A stretch of 64,000 nt of DNA from Octopus vulgaris (taxonomy: Eukaryota). The position numbers and the translations under genes were made by a program. The DNA lies in the NCBI GenBank assembly GCA_951406725.2, contig OX597835.1:20274001-20338000 (forward strand), in the 5' to 3' direction. Below, in pieces: positions 27,330 through 41,605 of this stretch. Numbering within the stretch: the stretch's first letter is position 1; every line of letters begins with the position of its first letter. The notes below the pieces were generated by a model. That model saw only the letters and a program-made list of their open reading frames with translations. It did not search any database and was not told the origin of the DNA.

Positions 27330-27600
27330 AAGAATTAAATTTTAAAGGTTTTAATGTCTTTCGAAATTATAAGAGCAAAATACGAAAACACTAAACGATA
27401 TATTGGAAAATCTTATGGAAAATTTAAGAGGAAAGGTGAAATGGGAAAAAGAGTATCCTAAGAAAGCTACGAAGAATTAGATAAAAAAAACAGGTATGAC
27501 AATATTATCAGGAATATGAAAAATGTGTCCAAAAGAAGAAAGTGGATAACTATGTTAAGTTTTGAATATCTAGGTAATTAAATTAATCAATTATAATATC
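27330..27600 (+). mobile_element. Possible Penelope-like endonuclease C-terminal remnant
   Basis: Frameshifted traces SFRNY, VKWEK..KKA and YDNI.SGI..MCPKEE. Decayed ctgatg...ccgaaa motif near 26950-26985. Confidence 0.3.
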
Positions 27601-27808
27601 ATTAATTAAATTTTAGTTTGTTCGAGATCCTAAGAAAATATATTCAGTAAAATGAGATTTAAGAAGAAATGATTCAGAAGTTTTTTTTTTTCTTTTACAT
27701 ATTGTACATTAATGCATATATATATGTGTGTTGACAGTGAATCTCTTTTTACGACACTACTCGCAGTTTCAGTCATAAGGCTGCGACCACGCTGGGGCCT
27801 TGCTTTAA

Positions 27809-28028
27809 CCCTTTAGTGTTTAAACCGGCCATATCTGGCCCAAATATACTACTTGTTTTATATTTGAACTGGCCATATCTAGCCTCTCACACCTAATCTA
27901 CATTGACATTCTAAAAATAAACAATCACGTCATTGAAACCTCAAAGCTATAAGAGAATGCCTGATTGATTCAAAACAATTTGAGTGAAAAAGTATTACAT
28001 TTAACAGAGTAATCTGAACACTAAAGCG
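27809..28028. mobile_element. piggyBac-type MITE
   Basis: TTAA|CCCTTTAGTGTTTA ... TGAACACTAAAGCG|TTAA. Confidence 0.85.
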
Positions 28029-28509
28029 TTAAACAACTGAAGCACTTCATTGCGCAACTGGTATTTATTTAATGAACCCCGAAGGGATAGATAGCGAACC
28101 CGACCTCGTCGTTCTCAAAATATAAACATACCACAACTCTTTACCAGGTCACTATTATTCTATTGAGAAAATAATTTCCAAAAACGTGCGTTTAGATTTT
28201 AGGAAGGAGTAGATGTGTTGTTGGTATTTAGTTAGGTTGGTTAGGTTACTTGTTGTTACCATTATTAACACCAAGTCCATTTGAAGATTTCCAGAAAATC
28301 ATTTATTTACACACGAAGGTTGCAATGACTCTCATTGTGCTTGGAGAAGTAAGAATATTGTACTTGTTCTAGTTCAGGTAATACGTTTTAACCCTAGATC
28401 CGTGCATCTGAACTAGAATGCTCGCTCGCCAATCTTCTCTGTGACCACTCGAACCTCTCCAACGACTGTTTCTCGAGTCTCTACTTATAATCTATCTTTT
28501 ATCTTTCTT

Positions 28510-28734
28510 TTAACCTTTTACTTGTTTCAGTCATTTGACTGCGGCCATGCTGAAGCACCGCCTTTAATCGAGCAACTCGACCCCGGAACTTATTCTTTGT
28601 AAGCCCAGTATTTGTTCTATCGGTCTCTTTGCCGAACTACTATCTGACGGGGACATAAACACACAAGCATCGCCTGTCAAGCGATGTTGGTACGACAAAC
28701 ACAGACATACAAACTCACACACACACACACACAG

Positions 28735-28767
<33 letters not shown>

Positions 28768-28933
28768 TACGATGGGCTTCTTTTCAGTTTCCGTCTACCA
28801 AATCCACTCACAAGTCTTTGGTCGGCCCGAGGCTATAGTAGAAGTCACTTGCCCAAGGTGCCACGCAGTGGGAATGAACCCGGAACCATGTGGCTGGTAA
28901 ACAAGCTACTTACCACACAGCCACTCCTGCGCC
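28510..28933 (-). mobile_element. SINE family A
   Basis: Full-length reverse copy. Confidence 0.9.
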
Positions 28934-29191
28934 TAACGCAAGATTTCAGCACGAAATCATACAATCGAATGATCGCAGCTTATCTGTGATTGGTCAATTC
29001 AGGGCAATTCACCTGATAAGCTGTGACATATTTTGTGAGAATTAATCTGATACGGTTTCAAATATAAGACCCACTAAAATATCACTAAAATATAGTTTGA
29101 TAATTATGTATTTCGCGGAAATAAAGGTTTGCGTACCAGGAGAGTTGTAAGATTAAAACGGAGGAAAATATTTGTTTAATAACACCAAATA

Positions 29192-29820
29192 GGCGCAGGA
29201 GTGGCTGTGTGGTAGGTATCTTGTTTACCAACCACATGGTTCCGGGTTCAGTCCCACTGCGTGGTACCTTGGGCAAGTGTCTTCTGCTATAGCCCCGGGC
29301 CGACCAATGCCTTGTGAGTGGATTTGGTAGACGGAAACTGAAAGAAGCCTGTTGGTATATATGTATATATATGTATATATGTGTGTTTATGTGTCTGTGT
29401 TTGTCCCCCTAGCATTGCTTGACAACCGATGCTGGTGTGTTTACGTCCCCGTAACTTAGCGGTTCGGCAAAAGAGACCGATAGAATAAGTACTGGGCTTA
29501 CAATAGAATAAGTCCCGGGGTCGAGTTGCTCGATTAAAGGTGGTGCTCCAGCATGGCCGCAGTCAAATGACTGAAACAAGTAAAATATTAAAAGACAGAT
29601 GTTTATGTGTCTGTGTGTCCGTGTTTGTCCCCCTAGCATTGCTTGACAACCGATGCTGGTGTGTTTACGTCCCCGTCACTTAGCGGTTCGGCAAAAAGAG
29701 ACCGATAGAATAAGTACTGGGCTTACAATAGAATAAGTCCCGGGGTCGAGTTGCCCGATTGAAGGTGGTGCTCCAGCATGGCCGCAGTCAAATGACTGAA
29801 ACAAGTAAAAGAGTAAAGAT
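29192..29820 (+). mobile_element. SINE family A with tandemly duplicated 3' half
   Basis: tttgtccccctagc...gactgaaacaagtaaaa occurs at ~29400-29585 and ~29624-29810. Confidence 0.9.
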
Positions 29821-30499
29821 AGTAAATGCATTGTAAAATCTTACTTAATTTTCACGATCCTAGGAATGGTTTCATTAGTGACAGCGCAGCTTTTCGGCGT
29901 TAGAAGCGTATTAACATATAATCCACATAATCTCAGGAATGTGAATTATTAATAATGTTAGTCTTTTTACACATTAAAAAAAAAAAGAGAAAAAAATTGA
30001 TTACGCTTACGCAGCTAGAAAGAACTTTACAGTAAATCTACCGACGACTTTGTTCGTAGATCAAGAGGAATTTCTTTGAACTATGATTGAAATGGTATGT
30101 TGAATATAAGTTTAAGACATTGATAGATCATATTTGATGTGTTAAATGAATTAATAAACAGGAGACATTGATGCTTACACTATAACGCCATCGGAGATAT
30201 GAGTGTCACGTTTGCTTATAGAAAGACAGCTACACACATACACACACACACACACACATACGCACACACATACATACATACATACAAACATACATACATA
30301 CATACATACATACATACATGCATACATACATACATACATAAATTTACACAAGCGTAATACAGTCGCGTCGGTATAGACCAACGTCATGAAATGGGTACTT
30401 AGATCTCAATAGATTCGATACAAATAAACACACAAAAGACACAGATATCAGCACTATCGTTCGACCCCATAGTTACACCAAATAATTCATCATTTTTAC

Positions 30500-31470
30500 T
30501 TATGCTAATCCTTTACTAAAGAGTAATGTTTTCTTCACATACCTGATAAAATCTAGGTCTATAGGGTCAATTTTAACATACGAATTAGCAAACTCAATGA
30601 CTTTATCAAGCAGCGAACTACATAAACGGGGTTAAAATTCTACGTATAAAATCAAAGTAAGTGAATTTAGCCTTATTCTTATTCTTAATATTCTTAAACC
30701 AATTTATTAATGTAAAACTGATATTCCCTTGTTGAAGCCCAGGAATTTCTTGGGGTCTACTATTAATGGTTTTTAGTGTATTTTTAACTACTTCACCAAT
30801 TTCAGATCCCTCTGGGTTTAACAAGTAGGTTTATCATGAAAATTAGGCTTTTAGTCTTTCAAAGTAATACAAACCTCTCTCTTAGCTAAGCGCTCTAATC
30901 TATCACTGGTACTACTACGTTTAGCGAGGAATTTAGCCTCATCATTAATATCATTGTATCTCTCGTGGAGGCGCAATGATCCAGTGGTTAGGGCAGCGGA
31001 CTCGCGGTCGTAGGATCGCGGTTTCGATTCCCAGACCGGGCGTTGTGAGTGTTTATTGAGCGAAAACACCTAAAGCTCCACGAGGCTCCGGCAGGGGGTG
31101 GTGGCAGTCCCTGCTGTACTCTTTCACCACAACTTTCTCTCACTCTTATTTCCTGTTTCTGTTGTACCTGTATTTCATAGGGCCGGCCTTGTCACTCTCT
31201 GTGTCACGCTGAATATCCCCGAGAACTACGTTAAGTGTACACGTGACTGTGGAGTGCTCAGCCACTTACACGTTAATTTCACGAGTAGGCTGTTCCGTTG
31301 ATCGGATCAACCGCAACCCTCGTCGTCGTAACCGACGGAGTGCTTCCAATCATTGTATCTCTGTATGTTAGCTTTCATATATTTAGTTTTTAGTGTCTTT
31401 TAGCAACTTATCATACAGATCATTAGTAACTTCATATAGGTTATTAAGTCTTATCAGAAAATACGAAATG
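30500..31470 (-). mobile_element. Penelope-like retroelement RT N-terminal fragment, interrupted by a SINE
   Basis: VFSDKT..NLYEVTNDLYDKLL..|NDINDEAKFLAK..DRLERLAKREVCITLKD*KPNFHDKPT..LNPEGSEIG..INWFKNIKNKNKAKFTYFD. Abuts (TA)n at ~31473. Confidence 0.75.
30965..31348 (+). mobile_element. SINE family B, full length
   Basis: 14-bp TSD ATCATTGTATCTCT at 30950-30963 and 31349-31362. Confidence 0.93.
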
Positions 31471-31519
<49 letters not shown>

Positions 31520-32115
31520 AAGACTGAGAGACTTTATATTGGAGGATGTGTGACAAACGCAGCTATTTGATCTTTTTATATATCCAATTATGTAAAATAA
31601 ATATTCGGAAATATCTGAATTTGTTAAAGTAATTCATGTGGTGATATTTAAGTAGAGCCAGCAATATCTTGAGATTCGGAAGATTTTTATTTATTTTTTT
31701 CCCCCGTTTTTTCACAATAATATAGCTCGGAGGCTTTAGGTCTATTATAAACGACTATCATAATTCAAAAATATCTAATGGATATCTATGAAGTATAGCA
31801 TTTTTATCAATATACGAATATAAATGTTGAATAATTTCGCTAATATTCCAGTATTTATGCTTCTGAAAGAAGCACTGAAGGTGGGTTTGTATCTGCCTTG
31901 CACCCTATTGATGTAATGTTTACGGTCTCTACGTATTCAGGCGAAATTGCTATTTAATTCTCATATAGTTTTTTTGCCATACCCATAATACACATTCAAA
32001 TACACGCATTCAAATACACACACACACACACACACACATATGAATTGAAGGAATTGAATTTAACCAGTTTCATCTCATGAGCTGTGGCGATGCTGGGGCA
32101 CCACCATATATAAAA

Positions 32116-32340
<225 letters not shown>

Positions 32341-32796
32341 GCTGCTTGATAGGTAGATATTCCGAAAGTTACCTCTCAGTGAACTTGTCAAAGTTCAGTA
32401 AGAGATATGCAAGAAACTCTCATCATTTAAATCATTTTCTCTTTTAATTATCTGAGTATCGCCCTCACGATCGCAAGTTTCTGGTTTCGGTTCCCAGAAA
32501 CGCGGAACATTGAATTCTTAACCAAAGCAATTGATTACAATTGACGCAGTCAATATGTAATTATGCGACTGACAAGCGCTTCCAGTTAGCAAGTTGTGTT
32601 GGCTTACCTATCTAGACAGCTTTATCCACAAGCGACGAAGCGCATTGTGGCCAGCGGTGTATAACAGCTTATGACACTCACGTCGATACATTGAATTCTT
32701 AAATATTTTTGCTTCAAATTGCAATGCATTCTCATGTCATGATCCTTTCCAACTACAGCTGAAGAAGTATCCGTAGTTGAAGAATTATACCTGCCA

Positions 32797-33202
32797 GTAG
32801 GAGTGGCTGTGTGGTAAGTAGCTTCTTTACCAACCACATGGTTCCGGGTTCAGCTCCACTGCGTGGCACCTTGGGCAAGTGTCTTCTACTATAGCCTCGG
32901 GCTGACCAAAGCCTTGTGAGTGGATTTGGTAGACGGAAACTGAAAGAAGCCCGTCGTATATATATATATATATGCATGTGTGTATGTTTGTGTGTCTGTG
33001 TTTGTCCCCCTAGCATTGCTTGACAACCGATGCTGGTGTGTTTATGTCCCCGTCACTTAGCGGTTCGGCAAAAAGAGACCGATAGAATAAGTACTGGGCT
33101 TACAAAAGAATAAGTCCCGGGGTCGAGTTGCTCGATTAAAGGCGGTGCTCCAGCATGGCCGCAGTCAAATGACTGAAACAGGTAAAAGAGAGTAAAGAGA
33201 GT
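32797..33202 (+). mobile_element. SINE family A
   Basis: Near full-length forward copy. Confidence 0.9.
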
Positions 33203-33426
33203 ACGCTCTGTGTAAGAGGGATACATTTCGCTTACCATAATCAGGGTTAAAACGCTTATTGTTCAATAAGAATTAGAAGAGCAATTGCAGAACGAATTTA
33301 ACTCGGCATCACATATGTAACTGAACTGGGTTATAAGGGTTGGGAAAGTAACATAAACTGGAATTTTGGGGATTATTTTTTGTTGTAGTTTCATATCTCT
33401 AAAAATGATGTGAGCATAAATGTGTA

Positions 33427-33838
33427 TACTCTTTACTCTTTTACTCTTTTACTTGTTTCAGTCATTTTGACTGCGGCCATGCTGGAGCACTGCCTTTAAT
33501 CGAGCAACTCGACCCCGGGACTTATTCTTTTGTAAGCCCAGTACTTATTCTATCGGTCTCTTTTTGCCGAACCGCTAAGTTACGGGGACATAAACACACC
33601 AGCATCGGTGGTCAAGCAATGCTAGGGGGACAAACACAGACACACAAACACACACACGCATATATATATATATATACATACATATATACGACGGGCTTCT
33701 TTCAGTTTCCGTCTACCAAATCCACTCACAAGGCTTTGGTATGTATATATATATGTGTATATATATGTATATATATATATGTATGTATATATAAATACAT
33801 ATATATATAGACAAGCTACTTACCACACAGCCACTCCT
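33427..33838 (-). mobile_element. SINE family A with an internal segment replaced by TA-rich repeat
   Basis: 3' half intact. The ~70 bp between caaggctttggt and caagctacttaccac is replaced by microsatellite. Confidence 0.85.
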
Positions 33839-33865
33839 GTATACGTATTCTTTTTATTTATTTAT

Positions 33866-34062
33866 GCGCCCTTTTCATGCCTAGCCAGGCTCATGGGCCC
33901 AGTTTCCCACTTTCTATGGCGTATGTGTTCCCCCAGCTGGCCGAGACGCCAGTCCATTGCAGCATTACCCAAGATGCAGGGAAAAAAAGAGTGAGAGAAA
34001 GTTGGTGCAAAAGAGTACAACACCTCTTGCTGGAGCCTCGTGGAGCTTTAAGTGTTTTCGTT
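33866..34062 (-). mobile_element. SINE with family B body joined to family G tail
   Basis: ggagcctcgtggagcttta and gtgagagaaagttg (B) adjoin ctcatgggcccagtttcc...ggcgtatgtgttccc (G). Confidence 0.7.
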
Positions 34063-34099
34063 CATTATCTTTTTTCTGATATACTTTAATTTATTATTC

Positions 34100-34327
<228 letters not shown>

Positions 34328-34677
34328 GTATTTAAGTAAAAATTTTTTTAAAAATATCAAGGCTTGTACACGCGCGCATACAACACACATACACACACGC
34401 AGACGGCAAACACGCTTTCATCTGCTTAAACTGTTGGAATATTTCAATTGATCAAAATGTAAACTCTGTAACGTCCATTTTGCCATGAAGAGCTTACTGC
34501 CAAAATATTCAGAAAAGCAAACATTATATAATTATACAAGTTTTGAAATTAAAATTGGGTGCAAAATGAAAGAATTGTAGCAATGTGAAATAACTAATAA
34601 GTTCATTTGTATCAATTGAATCTCTACGTTTCCAAACTTATCAACAATATGTGACGGTTTATAATATATTTATAGAA

Positions 34678-34910
34678 GAGCGGCGAGCTGGCAGAAACAT
34701 TAGCACGCCGGGCGAAATGCGTAGCCGGATTTCGTCTGCCCTTAGGTTCTGGGTTCAAATTCCGCCGAGGTCGACTTTGCCTTTCATCCTTTCGGGGTCG
34801 ATGAATTAAGTACCAGTTACGCACTGGGGTCGATATAATCGACTTAATCCGTTTATCTGTCCTTGTTTGACCCTTCTGTGTTTAGCCCCTTGTGGGTAGT
34901 AAAGAAATAA
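34678..34910 (+). mobile_element. tRNA-derived SINE family D
   Basis: gagctggcagaa (A box), ggttcaaattcc (B box), core gtcgactttgcctttcatcctttcggggtcgat. Reverse copy at 59528-59757. Confidence 0.88.
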
Positions 34911-35041
34911 ATATATTTATAGAAGAGATATCTATTCAAAATATATTAAACCAGGGTAACTTGGATAACCCTAACTCTATAAGGGTTTTTAATATCCTCA
35001 TAGTGAATATCCATATCTATCTATCTATCTATATATATATA

Positions 35042-35341
35042 TCTTTATATATAAAAGGGAAGTTGTGTGTCTGTCTCCTACGATTTAGATTCCTAACTAC
35101 TCCCACATTTTGCGGTGCTGTGTAACCAAAAGCGGGTATCTTATAGTCGTGATTCATATCGAGCCCTTCTGGATATTAGCGCGCGTCTACGATGAGTCTA
35201 CGATTTAAAAAAAAAATTCACCATAATTTTTCTCCCATTTTTAATGCATTTTTTTGTTATCATATAAGGGAAGTAACTCTCTAAAAATGCTTATATAGTT
35301 ATTTCCCTTACAAACCTAGCAACGCCGGGTGATACTGCTAG
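35042..35341 (+). mobile_element. Non-autonomous Helitron
   Basis: A|TCTTTATATATAAAA 5' end, subterminal hairpin cctagcaacgccggg, 3' CTAG|T, no TSD. Confidence 0.8.
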
Positions 35342-35565
35342 TATATATATATAATTTAATAATCACAATACAATTTTTTATGTGCTACTAATAGTTTCCT
35401 ATATTGAGAAATGCATCATATTATATACGTCAGGCACAAACTACACATCATAACGAAATAAATAATGAATGGGAGAAGAAACACGGAAAGTGGCCATTAA
35501 ATAATATTTATTTTTCACCAGATGGAAAACTTATGTTTGTTCATTTTACAATCACGTAACAATAC

Positions 35566-35712
<147 letters not shown>

Positions 35713-36117
35713 TATGTATGTTTATGTTTGCATATATATATATAGACATCGACATAGGTATACTAAGAACTACTATATATGTGTTTGCGTGTGCTTATAT
35801 GTGTTTGGGAACGTGTAAATGTCTGTGTGTCTGTGTAAGACGAGTATGTATATGATTACGGATATTAGGGATATAAATAAACATAAGTAAAACAAAAAGT
35901 ATACGAAAGCTAACGGCGGTCCCATCATGGCCATAGATTTGAACTGAACAGGTAAGAAAAATAGAAAAGCATGAGAAAATTCAGAATTTACGTATAGTTT
36001 TACATATATATATATACACACACACACAAACACAAACACACACACACAGTCACACGCACATCACACACAGACACACACACACACACACACACATACACGG
36101 AGATATATACATATATA

Positions 36118-36268
36118 GCCACAGGTGTGGTTGGTGGTAAGGAGCTTGATTCCCAAACACATAGTTCGGGTTTAGTCCCACTGAGTGGTAACTTGGACAT
36201 TATCTTCTGCTATAGAGTCGTGCCGACTAAAATGGATTTGGTAGACGGAAACTGAGAGAACTCTATCG

Positions 36269-36335
<67 letters not shown>

Positions 36336-36740
36336 CTGTGTTGCATTTTGTCGAAGAGCGTAGGCTCGAATCGTAGAAAACTTTCTTACTTCTTGAGCGT
36401 TCAACTAATACATCTGTTTGTTATTTACACACCCGTCTTCATCTGTTTTTTTGCTAAATACTCACTATATCCGTGTGTGTGTGTGTGTGGTGTTTGTGTT
36501 TGTGTGTGTCTGTGTGTGTGTGTGTGTGTTTGTGTCTGCCCATCCCTCCATATTTGCTTGACAACCGAAGTTGTTGTTTTTACGGCCCCGTAACCTAGCG
36601 GATCGGCAGAAATTATCCGATAGAATAAGTACCAGGCTTACAAAGAATGAGCACAGGGGGTCGATTTCTGCGAATAAAAGGTGGTGCTCCAGTATGGCCA
36701 CACACAAAATGAACGAAACAAATAAAAAAAATTAAAAGAA
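36118..36740 (+). mobile_element. Older SINE A copy whose internal microsatellite contains a pLTR-like insert
   Basis: 5' half 36118-36270, 3' half ~36520-36740. Insert ~36332-36470 has a decayed hammerhead TTGTCGA-AGAGCGTAGGCTC-GAATC-GTA. Confidence 0.65.
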
Positions 36741-36745
36741 TGTGC

Positions 36746-37275
<530 letters not shown>

Positions 37276-37818
37276 TATATATATACGAATAAATAAAATT
37301 AAAGTAGTTATTGCAATATATCTCTGAGATATCTTATATAGTTTTTCTCTCTATCAGGCCGTCAGTAATCGTCACAGCAAAAATACATGACTTGTGGATT
37401 ATAACTAAGTCTTCCTATTTATAATTTTTTCGATAAGACATGTATATATCTTTTCTAGTTCATGAACTTCGATATGCATACACACATTCATTTACTCCTA
37501 TATGCACGCAAACACACACACACACTAATATACACACACGCATACACACACACAATCACACACACACATACATAATCATGTATGAACATTTCCCCAATCA
37601 ATACACATGATATACGCACATGTAACACATTTACACCGCTACGTATTCAACCGAACATATCTTGACATATATAAGTATGTACATATGCATATATATATAG
37701 GCATATATATCCACACACATATATATATATATATTATGTATGCTTACGTATAAATGTGTGTACATATATGTATGTATGTATATATATGTGTGTGTGAATA
37801 TATATGTATATATATATG

Positions 37819-37851
<33 letters not shown>

Positions 37852-37855
<4 letters not shown>

Positions 37856-38047
37856 CGGAGATGTACTCGCATAGCAAGTAATTTGATCTGAGATCGTGTG
37901 CTGAAACGAAAACAATTGCAGCGTGGGAGGTGTTTATAAGCCATTTAAGAAACACACAAAAGCCGTTCGATTCACTCCAACATTTAAGTTTAATTTGTAA
38001 ATATTTTCGTCGCTAAAATCCGCGACCTCTACTGACAAAGTCCGTGC

Positions 38048-38050
<3 letters not shown>
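37852..38050 (-). mobile_element. pLTR-like module between (TA)n tracts with decayed hammerhead
   Basis: Reverse complement: ..CAGTAGA-GGTCGCGGATTTTAGCGAC-GAAAATATTT. Stem II GTCGC/GCGAC, palindromic stem III. Confidence 0.45.
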
Positions 38051-38088
<38 letters not shown>

Positions 38089-38194
38089 TTATAGCATTAT
38101 TCACAGATGCCATATGCGCATATGTATATGAGTATGCTGTACACATGAACTAAGCATGTTCACATCTAGTCACTCCCACGCGCAAATCTTGCAG

Positions 38195-38225
<31 letters not shown>

Positions 38226-38616
38226 TCCCTACGCACACACACATACCTGCGGGCGCAGAGACAGAAATTGAGAGAGAATATCGGAAGGAAACAGAAATGA
38301 AGAGAAAAGAAGGCAGACAGTAAGGTAGAAGGAAAGCTATGAGAATGTCGCTAGTGTCAGCAGATACAGCGACGTATTAAAATAGTGTTTTACTACTTTG
38401 CATGTAATATCAGAATTTCTTATACATACTCAGAAATCACACCTCCCCTAACAACACCCGCACACACACACACACACTGATACGTGCTCAGTCACACACC
38501 TAAACCCATATATATAAAGAAATATACATCTACACATCCACCCACACTCACGCACACACAAACACACACACGTACATACATATAGATATATACACATATA
38601 TGTTTGTGTGCGTGTA

Positions 38617-38658
<42 letters not shown>

Positions 38659-38748
38659 TATATGTATATATATGTATATATATATGTGTGTGTGTGAGTA
38701 TATATATGTATTATATATGTATAATTATATATGTATCAGTGTATATAC

Positions 38749-38779
<31 letters not shown>

Positions 38780-38793
38780 ACACACGCACATAT

Positions 38794-38870
<77 letters not shown>

Positions 38871-38962
38871 CGTATATCTATCTTCATGAAGTTCATTTAC
38901 TTACAACACAATCTTCTATATGTATGTATATATGTGTATACGTGTGCATGTGTCTATATTTG

Positions 38963-39004
<42 letters not shown>

Positions 39005-39532
39005 CATGTGTATATGTATGTATATATGTATATATGAATGAATACATGAATGTGTGCAACCACCAACATTATCGTCTACCTCTTGATTGTTCAGGGGCCA
39101 TGGTTTAAAATTCAACACCATAATTACAAAAAAAATAACATTTCTTTGGCATACACTTTGAATTTTTTTTTTTTTTTTTTGGGAATATTTCAGTTTTATC
39201 GTCTGGTTCATTTCAGCTTGCATTTCTTTCCATTTTTCAAGTACCCCGCTTTCCATTCATTTTTGCTTTTTTATAATTTAATATGAACTTTATTCTGTTG
39301 TAACATACATTCTATTTCACTTGTATTATATTCACCCGAATGCATATATATTCAGCGTTGTATTACTGTGCAATAACGCGTCAATCTACTGTGAATTATA
39401 AGACTGTTTTTTTTTTTTTGTATGCCCTACATTTACTCTCTTGTACATTGCAGAGCTTTATTCCGGTTTATTTCTATAGGACTCTTCTCTACGATGAACT
39501 AGTTCAATTCTCTATGCAATATTCCCTACAGT

Positions 39533-39913
39533 AGCCGCAATGGCCTAGTGGTTAGGGCAGCGTACTCGCGGTCATAGGATCACGGTTTCGATTCCCAGAC
39601 CGGGCGTTGTGTGTGTTTATTGAGCGAAAACACCTAAAAGCTCCACGAGGCTCCGACAGGGGATGGTGGTGATCCCTGCTGTACTCTTTCACCACAACTT
39701 TCTCTCACTCTTACTTCCTGTTTCTGTTGTACCTGTATTTCAAGGGCCTAGTCTTGTCACTCTCTGTGTCACGCTGAATATCCCCGAGAACTACGTTAAG
39801 GGTGCACGTGTCTGTGGAGTGCTCAGCTACTAACACGTTAATTTCACGAGCAGGCTGTTCCGTTGATTCGGATCAACCGGAACCCTCATCGTCGTAACCG
39901 ACGGAGTGCTTCT
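39533..39913 (+). mobile_element. SINE family B
   Basis: TSD ATTCCCTACA at 39521-39530 and 39915-39924. Confidence 0.9.
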
Positions 39914-40220
39914 AATTCCCTACAATTTATGCCTCTGAATTACTGAGGACATGCTCACAGCTGTGGGAGAGGCTGTTTCAATTTCAAGGAGAACCAATAA
40001 AAAGGATTATATTACGTGTGACCTAGAATATATTAAACAGTAATTGAAACATACTGTCCAATCCAATCCTGCCAAAACCTACGATTTAGAGCGCTAAGGA
40101 AACAGAATTAATAATAATCTTTCGTCACTAATGTAGTAATTTCACTTAGAGGAGAGTAACTGAATTCCTCGTGCGCACTGCATTAATAATCTTTAATTTT
40201 CTCTCCCACATTCCTTCTAT

Positions 40221-40437
40221 CTACTCTTTTACTCTTTTACTTGTTTCAGTCATTTGACTGCGGCCATGTTGGAGCACCGCCTTTTGGTCGAGCAAATCGA
40301 CCCCAGGGCTTATTCTTTGTAAGCCTAGTACTTATTCTATCGCTCTCTTTTGCCAAACCGCTATGTTACGGGGTCGTAAACAGACCACAATCTGTTGTCA
40401 AGCGATGTTGGGGGAACAGGCACCGACACAGAAGCAT

Positions 40438-40468
<31 letters not shown>

Positions 40469-40494
40469 CACACATATATATATATATATATATC

Positions 40495-40540
<46 letters not shown>

Positions 40541-40676
40541 CAAGGGCTTCTTTCAATTTCCGTCTACTAAATCCACTCACAAGTGTCTGGTCGGCCCGAG
40601 GCCATATTAGAAGTCACCTGCCCAAAGTGCCACGCAGTGGGAATGAACCCGGCACTATGTGGTCAGTAAGCAAGCT
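40221..40676 (-). mobile_element. SINE family A (5' end clipped)
   Basis: Reverse copy, abutting a family C copy. Confidence 0.85.
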
Positions 40677-40687
40677 ATGTATCTATA

Positions 40688-40978
40688 AACCTTCGATCAT
40701 GAATGACCATGGGATTGCACCTAGAAAGTTACCTTCTGAAGCAAGAGCCCGGGCAGGTTGTCGCCATACATACCAGAATTTTCTCGCCACGCCACCAAGG
40801 GAAAGGCAACGGTCGATACAGCTTGGCACCTGTACTGTCACACCTGATTTCTACAGCCGAATATTCTGGACCAGCATGAAATAAAGTGTCTTACTCAAGA
40901 ACACAACACACATCCCTGTGCAGGATTCGAATTCACAGCCTCATGAGTGTGAACTCAACGATCTAACCATTTTGCCAT
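40688..40978 (-). mobile_element. SINE family C, diverged
   Basis: Collinear with the reverse complement of 3163-3500. Confidence 0.8.
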
Positions 40979-41186
40979 ACATAGACAAGTTTACGTATAT
41001 AAATGTCCAACACCACTGATCGTCAATGGTTGTCGGTGTGTTTACGCTAATTTAGTGGTTCGATATTATAAATAGAAGACAAGGTATATGAAAAATAGCG
41101 AGAAATGTGAGCTAAAATGAACTAGACTATAAAACTGTAATTTACAATAATACGCAGGAGATATTGTAGTTCGCTTGAAGCATAGT

Positions 41187-41441
41187 GTATTGTTTGTAAA
41201 GAATAAAAATTTTGAATGGTACGACAATGCACTATAATTCAGACAATGGGCTATATACCTGTTAGTCTGATATGATATTTCAGAATATATCCCTTCTTCT
41301 AAGAATATCTGAAGAAGGAATATTATTCCCAAATATCATATCAGACTATGGATGCCTAAATTAAAACAGGTAAATAACCCATTGTCTGTATTATAGTGCA
41401 TTGATGTACCATTCAAAAATTTTTATTCTTTACAATAATAC
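41187..41441. mobile_element. Large imperfect palindrome with paired decayed hammerheads
   Basis: Arms invert around ~41303. Right arm CTGAAGA-AGGAATATTATTCC-CAAAT-ATCAT-ATC. Left arm (reverse complement) TAGAAGA-AGGGATATATTCT-GAAAT-ATCAT-ATC. Confidence 0.65.
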
Positions 41442-41605
41442 ATATTTTAAATTATAAAAAGTCGATGCCAAATAAATGTTTTATATTTAAAGTGTGAGAT
41501 TTCTAACAAAGGCCCCAGAGCAATCAAGAAAATGCTGACAGTGTCAGCGGTTGCGCACCTACAAGCATTTATTCAGTTGTATGTATGTGTGTGTATATAT
41601 ATAGA

